From positions 1-47,441 of the forward strand of contig NW_021834621.1 of NCBI RefSeq assembly GCF_006345805.1: a DNA stretch of 47,441 bases, in the 5' to 3' direction. Source of the stretch: Octopus sinensis (lineage: Eukaryota). The position numbers and the translations under genes were made by a program. Shown in pieces: positions 11,799-24,061 of the stretch. The notes under the pieces were generated by a model. That model had not been told where the DNA came from. It made no database searches and was given only the letters and a program-made list of their open reading frames with translations. The stretch's first letter is position 1, and every line of letters begins with the position of its first letter.

Positions 11799-12230
11799 AG
11801 ACGAATACCTACACCCTTGGAATATATATATACATATGACATCACTACACATGTAGTCCCCATACGTCCACCACACTTAATAACTCGCACATTTCCCACA
11901 ACTAGTTCAAGATAACTCTTACCAATTTACAGCGAATCTGACCAAGGGACATAACACCTAACCTAATCCCATGCTCATTTCCGTTTCACCATCCTTTTTC
12001 ACAGCAACCGCAAACCGAATGTATCCATTCACCTCCGACAATAGAGAATAGTCGTCATATTCCTTTCCATATCGGCTAACTCTAATGAGCGTAAGGTTAT
12101 ATAATCGGATTGTTACCTAACAGTCCGTTGTATTCCTATCACGAAATCGATTGGCGAGATCAGCCATGATGGATATATAATACTATACAGTTCGAATTTT
12201 ATATATATATATAATAAATGTTTCCTCGAT

Positions 12231-12454
12231 CCATGCCAGACTCGTGAGGGCCGGTTTTCAGGTTTCAGTGGTGCATAAATTCCCCAGCCTGGACGGAACG
12301 CCGGTCTGTCACAGGGTCACGCAGTTTGGCCAGCTAAGTGGACTGGAGCAATGTGAAATGAAGTGTTTTCACAACGTGTCATCCGCTCCAGGAATCGAAA
12401 GCACAATCTTACGATCATGAGTCCAACACCCTAACCACTAAGTCACGTGCCTCC
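12231..12454 (-). mobile_element. tRNA/CORE-like SINE family D, tail type 1
   Basis: Reverse complement has tagtggttagg, ttcgattcc and tttcacattgctccagtccactt; tail ggcgttccgtccagg shared with 41851-42080. Confidence 0.75.
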
Positions 12455-12509
12455 ACGGGGAATGAAGTACCTATCCAAATTTGCTTCATATTTATGGTGC
12501 ACCGTTCCT

Positions 12510-12910
12510 TTATATAGCTCCTAATAGGAACCGAGCTCATTGTAATTCAATGCTACTTTTATCCTACTTTCACGGTTTGGATCGTTATCGTCATAAACTC
12601 GCAGACTTTCCTCTATAACTGCTGACTTTTGAACAATATTCTTCGCAACCAATCAATGCGGAGTTGTGGGAGATTTTTGTATTTTCATTTGAATTCTTAG
12701 CCTGCCCTTGTTCTAACTGCATCGGCTCCTCGTGAGTTCAACGTTCTTCATGGGACACGAACCATTCCATCACATCACATTCTCAGACGTCTTCAAAACC
12801 TCCATCATTTACAACTCTCACAAAACCTTTTCGAAATTGACATAGACTTTCGGCTTTTGGAAACTTGTGAAGTCGCAGATGTAGTCTAATGGCACATTCT
12901 CCCAACAACT
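12510..12910 (-). mobile_element. pogo/Tigger-type transposase C-terminal remnant
   Basis: Frameshifted SCWENV...DFTSF, GFEDV*ECDVMEWFVSHEER*THEEPMQLEQ and YDDNDPNRESRIKVALNYNELGSY resemble the Tigger acidic C-terminal region. Confidence 0.55.
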
Positions 12911-13015
12911 ATTCAAAGTTGTGGTATATATGTTTGTATATGTCATTGTTCATCTTGAAATAAAAGTGAACAATGACACACACACACACATATAAATACA
13001 TACATGATTTATATA

Positions 13016-13412
13016 TCTCTATATATAAAGCTGAAGTTGTCTGTGTATGGCAGGTTTGGTAGCCTTCAACTAACACTATCTCTTCCGAGACCCTGTGACG
13101 CAAGTTGACCAAAATTGAGAGTATGATAGAAGATGGCTTGCTCTTCCTTCCGCAAAAGAAAAAAATTCAAATCGCACCATGTTAACACCAAAAAGTATTA
13201 ACATCAAAAAAGTGCTTTTTTTCTATGAAAATACCTATTTTTTACGATTTTTTTACTGCTGTGTCGCCATTTTTCAGTGTATTTCAACCAGAAAAAGGTT
13301 CACTTAAAGAAAATAACAAGCTACATAATGCAAATTTTTTACTTTTCAAAAATTCCAATTTTTAAGGGTTGAAAAGAAAACAAGCCCGAGCAACGCTGGG
13401 CGATACTGCTAG
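13016..13412 (+). mobile_element. Non-autonomous Helitron (~397 bp)
   Basis: 5' A|TCTCTATATATAAAGCTGAAG; 3' GC hairpin gcccgagc-aac-gctgggc (13384-13401), then CTAG|T at 13409-13413; inserted in AT with no TSD. Confidence 0.75.
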
Positions 13413-13428
13413 TATATTATATATATGA

Positions 13429-13812
13429 GCAGAATTTAGGTTAGTTGAAATATGTTTGTCACACATTTCAACTGCTAAAAGGCAAATACACTGCAGTTAC
13501 CGTGGGGAATAAACCTCTCTTATGGTAAAAAGGTGTGAAAACTCCGGTTTATTCAGTGTCACCATCTATTAGGAATCTCAGACGTCAATGTTTCGAGTTA
13601 TTTTGGCTAAATTCTGCTCGTACCTAAACACTGCTTCGCGCTAACGCTTCGTTGTTTACCTCGATCGGGCGATCTACTAGCGCACATCAGTCAATGTATT
13701 GTCTCATTAAATTCTACATAAAGCTATAGCTTTCTAAGTTCGTTCAGAGTTGTATTTTCCTTGCACCAGTTGAACAGAGTCACAAACATATTTCAGCCAG
13801 CCTAAATTCTGC
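13429..13812. mobile_element. MITE-like inverted-repeat element
   Basis: 31-bp imperfect inverted repeat gcagaatttaggttagttgaaatatgtttgt (13429-13459) versus 13782-13812; extra inner copy ctaaattctgctc near 13607-13619. Confidence 0.4.
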
Positions 13813-13989
13813 ACACACTTTCGCGCCAATGCTTCGTTATGTATAGACATCAACATCAACATTTTTTTCTCTGCCGTATGGCAAAATTCCTAACACGTCA
13901 GCTGAATTCAGTTCGTTTCCAGTCGAAAGGCGCCTTTTGTGATGTCCTGTTATTATTATTATTATTGTTTTTTCGTATTATTTTTGCAT

Positions 13990-14179
13990 TTATATTCGTG
14001 TAACATCGTCCGTTTTTCCGTCCTTGTTTCGTATACATTCCAAGCTTTTTTCCAAGAAATCTAATCAAGATTAGTTGCGAGGATGATCCGGTTCTTGACT
14101 GAAGATTAAAGGCTTCGAATGACTCGTCCGTATTTTTGTACCGCCTTCTGGATGTTTTGCGTTCTTGTCCCATTTTGTG

Positions 14180-14265
<86 letters not shown>

Positions 14266-14640
14266 ATTAAGGTATGTAGAAAAATACAACATGGACAAGA
14301 ACGTATAACTCTTAGAAGACGATACAATAAACACGGACAGGACATTCGAAACCCTCAGTCTTCAGTCAAGAACCGGATCATCGTAGTAATTTCGGCTGAT
14401 TAATCTTGAGATTACTAGATCACGGCCAGCCCTCAAGAAAAACTAAGCAACGAGCATTAGAAAAACTAAGCTGGGAGCGTAGTTTCCTGGAAGAAGGATC
14501 GAATGCATACGAACACCGGGACAGCAAAAGGGACGAATTATAAAAAGCAAAAAACAATAATGGAATACAGAAACATGAAATACAGAAGCATTAACGGTGA
14601 AAACAAAAAGTGTCTTACGACTGATAACAAGCAAAAAAAT
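13990..14640. mobile_element. Two diverged copies of one unclassified repeat in inverted orientation around (TA)n
   Basis: gatgatccggttcttgactgaaga...ttcgaatg...gcgttcttgtcc at ~14081-14170 matches the reverse complement of ~14290-14385. Confidence 0.6.
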
Positions 14641-14827
14641 TTTTCTTCTGGGCATTGGAAAGGAGCCTTATCGGCGATGCCTTGGCGGCGGACGAAAAAC
14701 AACGATGTTAACACGTCGCTGGTGGGAAGCTGAAGGCAGATTTCGGCCAGCGGTCACGTGACAGAGAAGAGAGAAAAGAAAGAAAGAGAAGCAAAGGAAG
14801 GAAGAGAGAGAGAGAAGGAGAGAGAGA

Positions 14828-14858
<31 letters not shown>

Positions 14859-14895
14859 GAGGGACAAACGCAACAAGGGGAGAGAAGAGAGAGAA

Positions 14896-14947
<52 letters not shown>

Positions 14948-14994
14948 ATACATGCATACATACATACATATACACACACACACACACACACAAC

Positions 14995-15033
<39 letters not shown>

Positions 15034-15249
15034 TCTTTTACTCTTTACTCTTTTAATTGTTTCGGTCATTTGACTGTAGCCATGCTGGAGCACCGCCGTT
15101 TATTCGAGCAAATCGACACCCAGGACTTATTCCTTGTAAACCTAGTACTTATTCTATCGGTCTCTTTTGCCGAACTGCTAAGTTACGGGGACGTAAACAC
15201 ACCAGCATCGGTTGTCAAGCGATGCTGGGGGACAAACACAGACACACAA

Positions 15250-15281
<32 letters not shown>

Positions 15282-15456
15282 ATATATATATATATATATA
15301 ATATACATATATATACGACGGCTTCTTCTTTCAGTTTCCGTCTACCAAATCCACTCACAAGGCTTTGGCTTGCCCGAGGATATAGTAGAACACGCAGTGG
15401 GACTGAACCCAGTACCATGTGGTTCGTAAGGAAGCTACTTACCACACAGCCACTCC
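15034..15456 (-). mobile_element. SINE family B, full length
   Basis: Reverse complement of family B; head ggagtggctgtgtgg ends at 15456. Confidence 0.9.
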
Positions 15457-16023
15457 TATATATAGATATAGATATATATACACACATACACACATGTATA
15501 TATGTGTATATATGCCACTGTAATCATTGAACCGCACATACACAGACACACACACAAACACATACGCAAACACACATGCAGAGTTCCCTCTTTTACCTCT
15601 GTCCCCTTTTTTTACCCTCTTCCCAAACCATTTCATTACAATTTCTTGTTTACAGCAACATGCTTAGCATCAACGTTCCTGGTAAGGTCAGTGCCACCAG
15701 AAATAATGCTAACTGGGGACAAGCAGGGGTCATCGGATGTCGAAAGAGCCGGAATACCTGGTGACCCCATGAAACATCTCTGATGATAAGTCCGGGTGCA
15801 TCACAGGATGATCTACGAAAGAAAAAAGCAAATTTCTGCCTTCATTTTTAAGTTCCGCTTTCTTCTCTATTACGAAACCATATTCTTCTCAATCCATCCC
15901 ACCTTCTCTCTCTCTCTTTCTCTCTTCGCTTTTCCTTTTCTTTCTCTCAAATTTCTTTGACTTCATTCTATTCAATCCAGTCACGAAAATTTGATTCTTC
16001 TAAAATTAGTATTTAAGTAATAT

Positions 16024-16024
16024 G

Positions 16025-16099
<75 letters not shown>

Positions 16100-16174
16100 C
16101 ATTATTATTTTCATCGTTATTATTATTGCTATTATTATTATCATTATTATTATTTATTATTATTATTATTATTA

Positions 16175-16224
<50 letters not shown>

Positions 16225-16299
16225 GTTATTATGTTTATTACTATTATTATTATCATTATTACTATTGCTATTATATTTATCTATTTATTATTATTATTA

Positions 16300-16347
<48 letters not shown>

Positions 16348-16390
16348 CATTATTACTATTATTGTTATTGTTGTTGTTACTGTTGTTGTT
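16024..16390. repeat. (TTA)n microsatellite, imperfect
   Basis: Direct inspection. Confidence 0.95.
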
Positions 16391-16814
16391 ATTCGGTCCA
16401 TTAACTCAGAAATCCGTTAAATCAGGATCTATAAAAGCGAGGGTTTATTATATATACATATACGTATCTGCGTATATTTGTGTGTCTTTGTGTGTGTATG
16501 TGTATGTGAGAGAGAGAGAGAGAAAGTGTGTGTGTGTGTGCGCGCGCGCGCGTGCGTATATATGTTTATATTTGTGTGCGTGATTGTACGCTTGTCTTTC
16601 TGCATGTGTATGTCTTTGAGTGTGTGTGCGTGTGTGTGTGTGCACATATGTCCGCTTATATTCGTGTGTATGTGTGCGCGTGTGTGTGTGTGTGTATGTG
16701 TGTGAGTTTTACAAAATGCCCCAAGAAATGCTACCTGCTGCTTTTGGAGTGCAGCCAGAGAAATAATTGACCACCTCTTCTATGGACTCTTTATGTTAGC
16801 TTCAAATGAATATA

Positions 16815-17715
16815 CAGGGTGTCCATAAAGTTTCTTTACAATTTAAAAAAACGTATTACAAAAGCAGTTGATGAGATATTTTAACCAGATTTGTTTTATT
16901 TTAATAATTGTTTATTAAAGTCTTTTATCGATATTAAACTTTTGTGTTTCGGATACTCTGTTGATGGAAGGGAACTGATTCACCGAACCCCTATAAAATA
17001 GCTACTCGTCATGAAAAGGCACAATGTGTATCCTGGTATATTGAGACAAAATCGGATGTTCAGACTCAACGAAACTACAGAACTAAGTATGGAAGAGATC
17101 CACCATCGCATCCTTCAATTCGTGCATGTGTGGTGTGGAACCATGTGCAATCGAATAATTGATCCATTTTTCTTTAACGAGGCAACAATTACTGCAGATG
17201 TTTACTTCGAACTTCTGACCGAATAAGTGGCACCACAACTGATTGATTTACAACCAACCATCATTTTCCAGCAACATGGTGCACCACCACATTGGGGACG
17301 GCATTTTCGTCACTTCCTCAATCAAACATTTCCAGACCGATGGATTGGAAGGGATGGACCAATTCCATGGCCACAGCGTTCGCCATATATCACTCCCTTT
17401 GACTTCTTTTTATGGGGTTATATAAAAGATATCGTGTATCAAACAAAGATACGGGACATTGCTGACTTGAAGCAAAGGATTCGTAATGCCATTGCCACCG
17501 TTGATGAGGCTATCCTACAGCGAACATGGCAAGAAATCGAGTAGCGTCTTGATGTGCTTTGCGCAACTAATGATGCCCATAGTGAAGTCTATTAAATAAC
17601 AGTTAAAAAAACTTTAATAAACAGTTATTACAATAAAACAAATCTGGTTAAGATATCTTGTCAACCGCCTTTGTAATAAAATTTTAAATTGTAAAGAGAC
17701 TTTATGGACACCCTG
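16815..17715 (+). mobile_element. Tc1/mariner rosa-type (DD41D) element, internally deleted, non-autonomous
   Basis: TA TSD at 16813-16814 and 17716-17717; ~105-bp TIRs (16815-16920, 17612-17715) starting CAGGGTGTCCATAAAG; N-terminus EKAQCVSWYIETKS...RTKYGRDPP; catalytic region FQQ(D>H)GAPPH...WPQRSPYITPFDFFLWG with 41 residues between the second and third acidic positions. Confidence 0.9.
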
Positions 17716-17734
17716 TATATCAATCACCACGACA

Positions 17735-18012
17735 AACTTGGTCAGTATTTGTTTTGGATCATATGCTGGAAGTCTGGACTCCCATTCGAGAAGAACTGGA
17801 TGGAGCATAAACTTGCCAAAGAAGTAGAAAATAAAGAGACCACAGTTATTTGCGACGTTAGTTATCAAACTGACCGAGCTATTCAGGCCAATTGACCAGT
17901 TATTTTAGTAAAACTCACGTTGTCAAAATATGCTTGCTCATGGATATGTCAATCCCAGCAGACTGCAAAACCTCTGTAAAAACGACTGAAAAGTTAGTTA
18001 AAAGCAAGGACT
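17735..18012 (+). mobile_element. R4/Dong-clade REL-endonuclease fragment
   Basis: WMEHKLAKEVENKETTVICDVSYQTDRAIQAN*P...CLLMDMSIPAD...EKLVKSKD. Confidence 0.7.
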
Positions 18013-18069
18013 TTGACGATGACGATGATGATGATGATGATGTCGTTGTTGTTGTTGCTGTTGTTGTTG

Positions 18070-18101
<32 letters not shown>

Positions 18102-18477
18102 GGTGGTTAAGATAATGATTGTGACGACGACGATAACAATGATGAAAGCAGTGAAGATAATTAGAAGTATACCAACAGAGATTGTAATGTCGAGAAGTTG
18201 TGCTGGTACGTGTGTGGTGGCAGTGGTGGTGGTGGTTGTGGTGGTGGTGGTTGTGGTGGTGGTTGTGGTGGTGGTGGTGTGGTGGTGGTGGTGGGATATA
18301 TCGTCAGTGAAAGGAATTCAGTGAAAAACTAAATTGTAATTAAAGACACAAGGTTTATTCAATATAGAGAACGAACGTCTGCCATTTTGGAAAACGGACA
18401 GACATTAATGGCGGGATAATATTGTGGAGCGTTGGTGGAGTTTGTTTGAAAAGTTAGGAAAATGTAGACACTCACAT

Positions 18478-18530
<53 letters not shown>

Positions 18531-18848
18531 CATACATATAGCAAGTGTTCATAAAAATGTATATCTACGTATATATTTATACATATAGGTGTATGTATGA
18601 ATGTGTACATGTGTGTAAGTGAGTGAATATGTGCGTGTGTGTGTATGTGTGTGTGTGTGTACGTATTTGTGTGTTTGTATGCGTGTTTATAGAAGTTCAA
18701 GAAAGACACAAAAGGTTACAAATTAGATTTGATTGTGGCGGACTTAAAAACAAAACCAAAAATGGTGAAATATTTGATAGACAAATTGCTCTCCCTCACT
18801 TTCGCCCTCTCTCTCCTCCTTCTCTCCTCTCGTCTCGCTCCCTCCCTC

Positions 18849-18903
<55 letters not shown>

Positions 18904-18979
18904 CGTATACAGACACATATACTAATAAACATACTTTCGTAAATACACACATACGAACTTTAACCCACTTTGCATCCTC

Positions 18980-18987
18980 GTAGTTTA

Positions 18988-19027
<40 letters not shown>

Positions 19028-19061
19028 TGTATGTATGTATGTATGTATGTATGTATGTATG

Positions 19062-19100
<39 letters not shown>

Positions 19101-19204
19101 TTATATTTGTATATATATATATATAAATACATATATATATTCATATGTATATATGTGTATAGATATGTATGTATATACGTACATACATACATAGATACAT
19201 ACGT

Positions 19205-19235
<31 letters not shown>

Positions 19236-19290
19236 CATATGTAAATACATACATAAATACATCTATACATACATACATGCATACATATAT
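18980..19290. repeat. Compound (TATG)n/(TA)n/(CA)n microsatellite
   Basis: Direct inspection. Confidence 0.9.
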
Positions 19291-19914
19291 GCAAGATAAT
19301 ATAGCAACGAATATAGAAAAGAAAAATAATTGAATGGACGAATTTACGAACGAAAGAAAATGAAACAAATATTGAAGAAGATACGGAAAGAGAAAGAAAG
19401 CGAGCAATAGAGTTTTGGAATTATGGAAAACAAGAATTAGATTTGTTTGGTGGTAAAGTTGATTACCAGATATTCATTATATCATGGAGATTAGAAGAAA
19501 CAGTTGATCACTCTAAATTGATATCGCTCCCAGTGAATACGGCGAACATTTCATATCAATACATAAATCTTATGCGAATGTTTCGTTCTTGTTTCTTTTT
19601 AAAGTTTTCATGCAGAGAGATATAGAGGTAGAGGACAAAGGAAGTTGAAATTTATATATATATATATATGAAGAAAGAAAGAGAGAGAGATCTATATGTA
19701 TATACATATGTATATATATGTATGTTTATATATGTATATGGTATAGTATATACATACGTGAATACGTGCATACATACACACACAAACATATTAAATGCAT
19801 TTTATATATATGCACGCGCACACATATAATTAAAGTTATTATTTCAAAGCAATTTTAAGAAAAACAGCAGAATAATTACTAATCGGACGTCTGGATACTA
19901 GAAGTAAAAGCAAA

Positions 19915-19947
19915 TTATTATTATTATTATCATTATTATTATTATTA

Positions 19948-20011
<64 letters not shown>

Positions 20012-20034
20012 CATTATTATCATTATTATTATTA

Positions 20035-20100
<66 letters not shown>
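19915..20100. repeat. (TTA)n microsatellite
   Basis: Direct inspection. Confidence 0.95.
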
Positions 20101-20102
<2 letters not shown>

Positions 20103-20697
20103 ATCGTATTGAGTGGGACATCGAGTTTCTCCTGGCTGTTTATACGACTAATGGAATAAGCCGTCAGGTGAAACTTAAATACCCAGGTAACACGAAATTC
20201 TATCCATCATACTTACCCATATGTATGTTCACACACACACACACACTTTTACATGCGTATATATATGTGTGTCAGTGTATGTATGTATGTATGTATGTAT
20301 GTATGTATGTATGTATGTATGTGTGTGTGTGTGTGTACACATATATGTCAATGAATAAACACACATGCACGAAGGAATGAACCGTCAGCATTGACGACAA
20401 ATATGTTTGTCACGGCTAAGTAAATGTATCGAATATGCTAAGGAAATATGGATAGAATATGGACAGAATATGCTTGATTGTGAATATAGATATTCAAATA
20501 ACGCAAAGAACTGCATTTTAAGCATTTTAAGACGTCTTTTTATTGATAAAGGTATTAGTTTTCGTCATTGGAACATAAGCAGACATATGCACACACACAC
20601 ACTTACACACCCAAAGACATACACCCACAAAGACACGCATACACTCACGCACACAAGTATAACCACATATACGGGCGCGCGCACGCACACACGCACA

Positions 20698-20736
<39 letters not shown>

Positions 20737-20821
20737 GACACACACATATACGCAGATACGTATATGTATATATAATAAACCCTCGCTTTTACAGATCCCG
20801 ATTTAAAGGATTTCTGAGTTA

Positions 20822-21221
20822 GGAGTGGCTGTGTGGTAAGTAGCTTGCTAACCAACCACATGGTTCTGGGTTCAATCCCACTGCGTGGCATCTTGGGCAA
20901 GTGTCTTCTGCTATAGCCCTGGGCCGACCAAAGCCTTGTGAGTGGATTTGGTAGACGGAAACTGAAAGAAGCCTGTCGTATATATGTATATATATATATG
21001 TGTGTGTGTGTGTGTCTGTGTTTGTCCCCCTAGCATTGCTTGACAACCGATGCTGGTTTGTTTATGTCCCTGTTACTTAGCGGTTCGGCAAAAGAGACCG
21101 ATAGAATAAGTACTGGGCTTACAAAAGAATAAGTCCCGGGGTCGAGTTGCTCGACTAAAGGCGGTGCTCCAGCATGGCCGCAGTCAAATGACTGAAACAA
21201 GTAAAAAGAGTAAAAAAGAGT
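20822..21221 (+). mobile_element. SINE family B, full length, boundaries fixed by an empty-site paralogue
   Basis: Flanks ctgagtta | aatggaccgaat are contiguous in the inverted paralogue at ~16390-16410. Confidence 0.92.
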
Positions 21222-21273
21222 AATGGACCGAATAACAACAACAACAATAACAATAACAATAATAGTAATAATG

Positions 21274-21341
<68 letters not shown>

Positions 21342-21902
21342 GTAATAATAATAATAATAATAATATTCCTAAAATTAGTGGAGAGACCCTTGGCACAGTC
21401 ACATTGATACAGATGTTTGTTTAATAGATGGAATTTAAGGGTCTCTTTCCGTTGTGTGCCCAGCATTAGAAAATATTAGTAGGCAGCCCCAAGCCTAGAG
21501 CAGAGGCAGGATGATCATGCAGGGTTAACAACGAGTGCCCAGTGGTGGATGGGTTTTGGGGTTGATGCAACTCTGAAGGTGTAGCGTATGAGGTTGAGTT
21601 GTTGACCGACACTAACAACGGCACCAACAACACACCCACCGACAACCACAGCGACAGCAATTGCAACGGCGGATGCGGAACCTGCAACCGCAGTCTGTGA
21701 CAGCAATACCGACAACAAGAGCAATACAAGTAATACGTACGGCGGTAGCAGCGACATCAGCCTTGTTAGCGGCAAGCGCAGCACCAGGATCGCGTCCAGC
21801 TATAGTAACAATAATGGCAGCGATACCAGCAATATGTTGGCAATATTAGCAACGGGCCCACTAGTGACGGCAAATTCGGCAGCAACAACAGCAACAACAG
21901 CA

Positions 21903-22266
21903 GGAGGCGCAATGGCCCAGTGGTTAGGGCAGCGGACTCGCGGTCGGAGGATCGCGGTTTCGATTCCCAGACCGGGCGTTGTGTGTGTTTATTGAGCGAA
22001 AACACCTAAAGCTCCACGAGTCTCCGACAGGGGGTGATGGCGACCCCTGTTGTACTCTTTCGCCCCAACTTTCTCTCACTCTTTCTTCCCGTTTCTTGTC
22101 CCCGACTTCCTACGTAACCACTGAGCCTGGATGCGCATTCATCCATCCGTCGATGCTCTCGGTGTCATGGGTTGACCTGCTTCCTCATCTGCGGGTCTTA
22201 CGAATAGCAAAGGATCACGATTCGGACTTCTCCCGCTGCGAGCTCTGGGACGAAGACCGCTTCGCT
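21903..22266 (+). mobile_element. SINE family A, alternative tail type ii
   Basis: Same head and body as 1655 up to tttctctcactctttc, then the unrelated tail ccgtttcttgtccccgacttcc...; 3' limit approximate. Confidence 0.75.
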
Positions 22267-23701
22267 CAACAACAGCAACAGCGACATCAGCCTTGTTAGC
22301 GGCAAGCGCAGCTCCAGGATCGCGTCCAGCTATGTTAGCAATAACGGCAGCGATACCAGCATTAGCAACGGGCCCAGCAGTGACAGCAAATTCGGCAGCG
22401 ACAACAGCAACTGTAGCACAACCAGCACAAGAGCACAGACAGAGAAATAATTCGGATCTACTGGTGACCTGTTCAAGCATAGTCTGAGCAACCACAGGTC
22501 GTCCTTTAGGATACCATAGAAGCGTAACGTCACGTTTCTATCCAGCTATAAATAGCGTTTCAAAGAGGTGGGTACGCCATGCTTAATTAAATGGAGGCTT
22601 CTAGAACAACGGAGGGATAACTGGTGTTTCATTCTGGAATTTTTTTACAAAATTATCTGACCATGACGTTTTCCTCCCCCCAATTATAAAGAGGTTATGT
22701 GACTCTGGCCATTCAAGTCTGATGAGTAGTCTATACAGCTAAGTAGCTTATAGGAGTGAAACCAGCGGTCACCATAACAAGCAACCTTCAAAATACACAC
22801 ACACACACACACATGCATACGCAAAATCGCGCACATCCATACAGCTAATAACACATCTACATCCACGAATTCATATATCTCGCATATATATGTATAAACA
22901 CATACATGCACTTACACACACACACACACACTCACACTCACTTATTAGCTGTATGGATGTGCGCGAGTGTGCGTATGCATCTGTGTGTGTGTGCGCGCGA
23001 GTGTGCGTATGCATCTGTGTGTGTGTGTGTGTGTGAGTGCGTGTTCGTTAGTGCCTGTTACATACGCGTGCACGCGTGGATTAATTTAGGGCGTGAGTAT
23101 GGGTGTATGTACGTGTGTAAATTCTTGCACTTGTGTGTGAACATGTGAGTGCGAATGTGCGTGTGTGTGCGTGCGTGTGTGCCTGGAAGAACATATACGG
23201 TGCGTGTGTGTGTGTGTATGTATGTATGTGTGTGAATATGTGTACGCGTATATATGCTTTCGTTGTTTATGTATGCGTGTATGAGAGATGTATGCTAGTC
23301 TGACAGATGTGGTATTGACGCATGCGGGTGTGATGTGTGCCAGTGTAGTCGCGTGGACGTATGCGCGTGGGAGTGTGTGTGCGGGCGTGTGTAGGAGAAT
23401 GTGTATGCGTGCGTCTGTGTGCCGGCGCACAGATGCTTTCGTGTGTGTGTGTGTGTTTATGTGTGTGTGTATGTGTGTGTGTGTATTTATGTATCTATAC
23501 CACGTATATATATGGACTAAGTGGAGCAAGAGCACACACAAGGACGGAAAGTGTCGCTGAAGAGGTCATCGACGTGTGAGGAAAGATTTCCGGACAATGG
23601 CCATGTGTTAGAATAAGAACAAGGATAAACGAGTGAAAAACGAATATATAGTGCGTGTGTTTATTTGGCAAAAAAAAAATGACCGTCCCGAAATACAACA
23701 G

Positions 23702-24039
<338 letters not shown>

Positions 24040-24061
24040 ATATATATATATATTATATATA

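Noticed and set aside
14095-14135. Hammerhead in the inverted repeat family (ctgaaga...cgaat)
   Set aside because: GAAU rather than GAAA, and no helix I or II pairing found.
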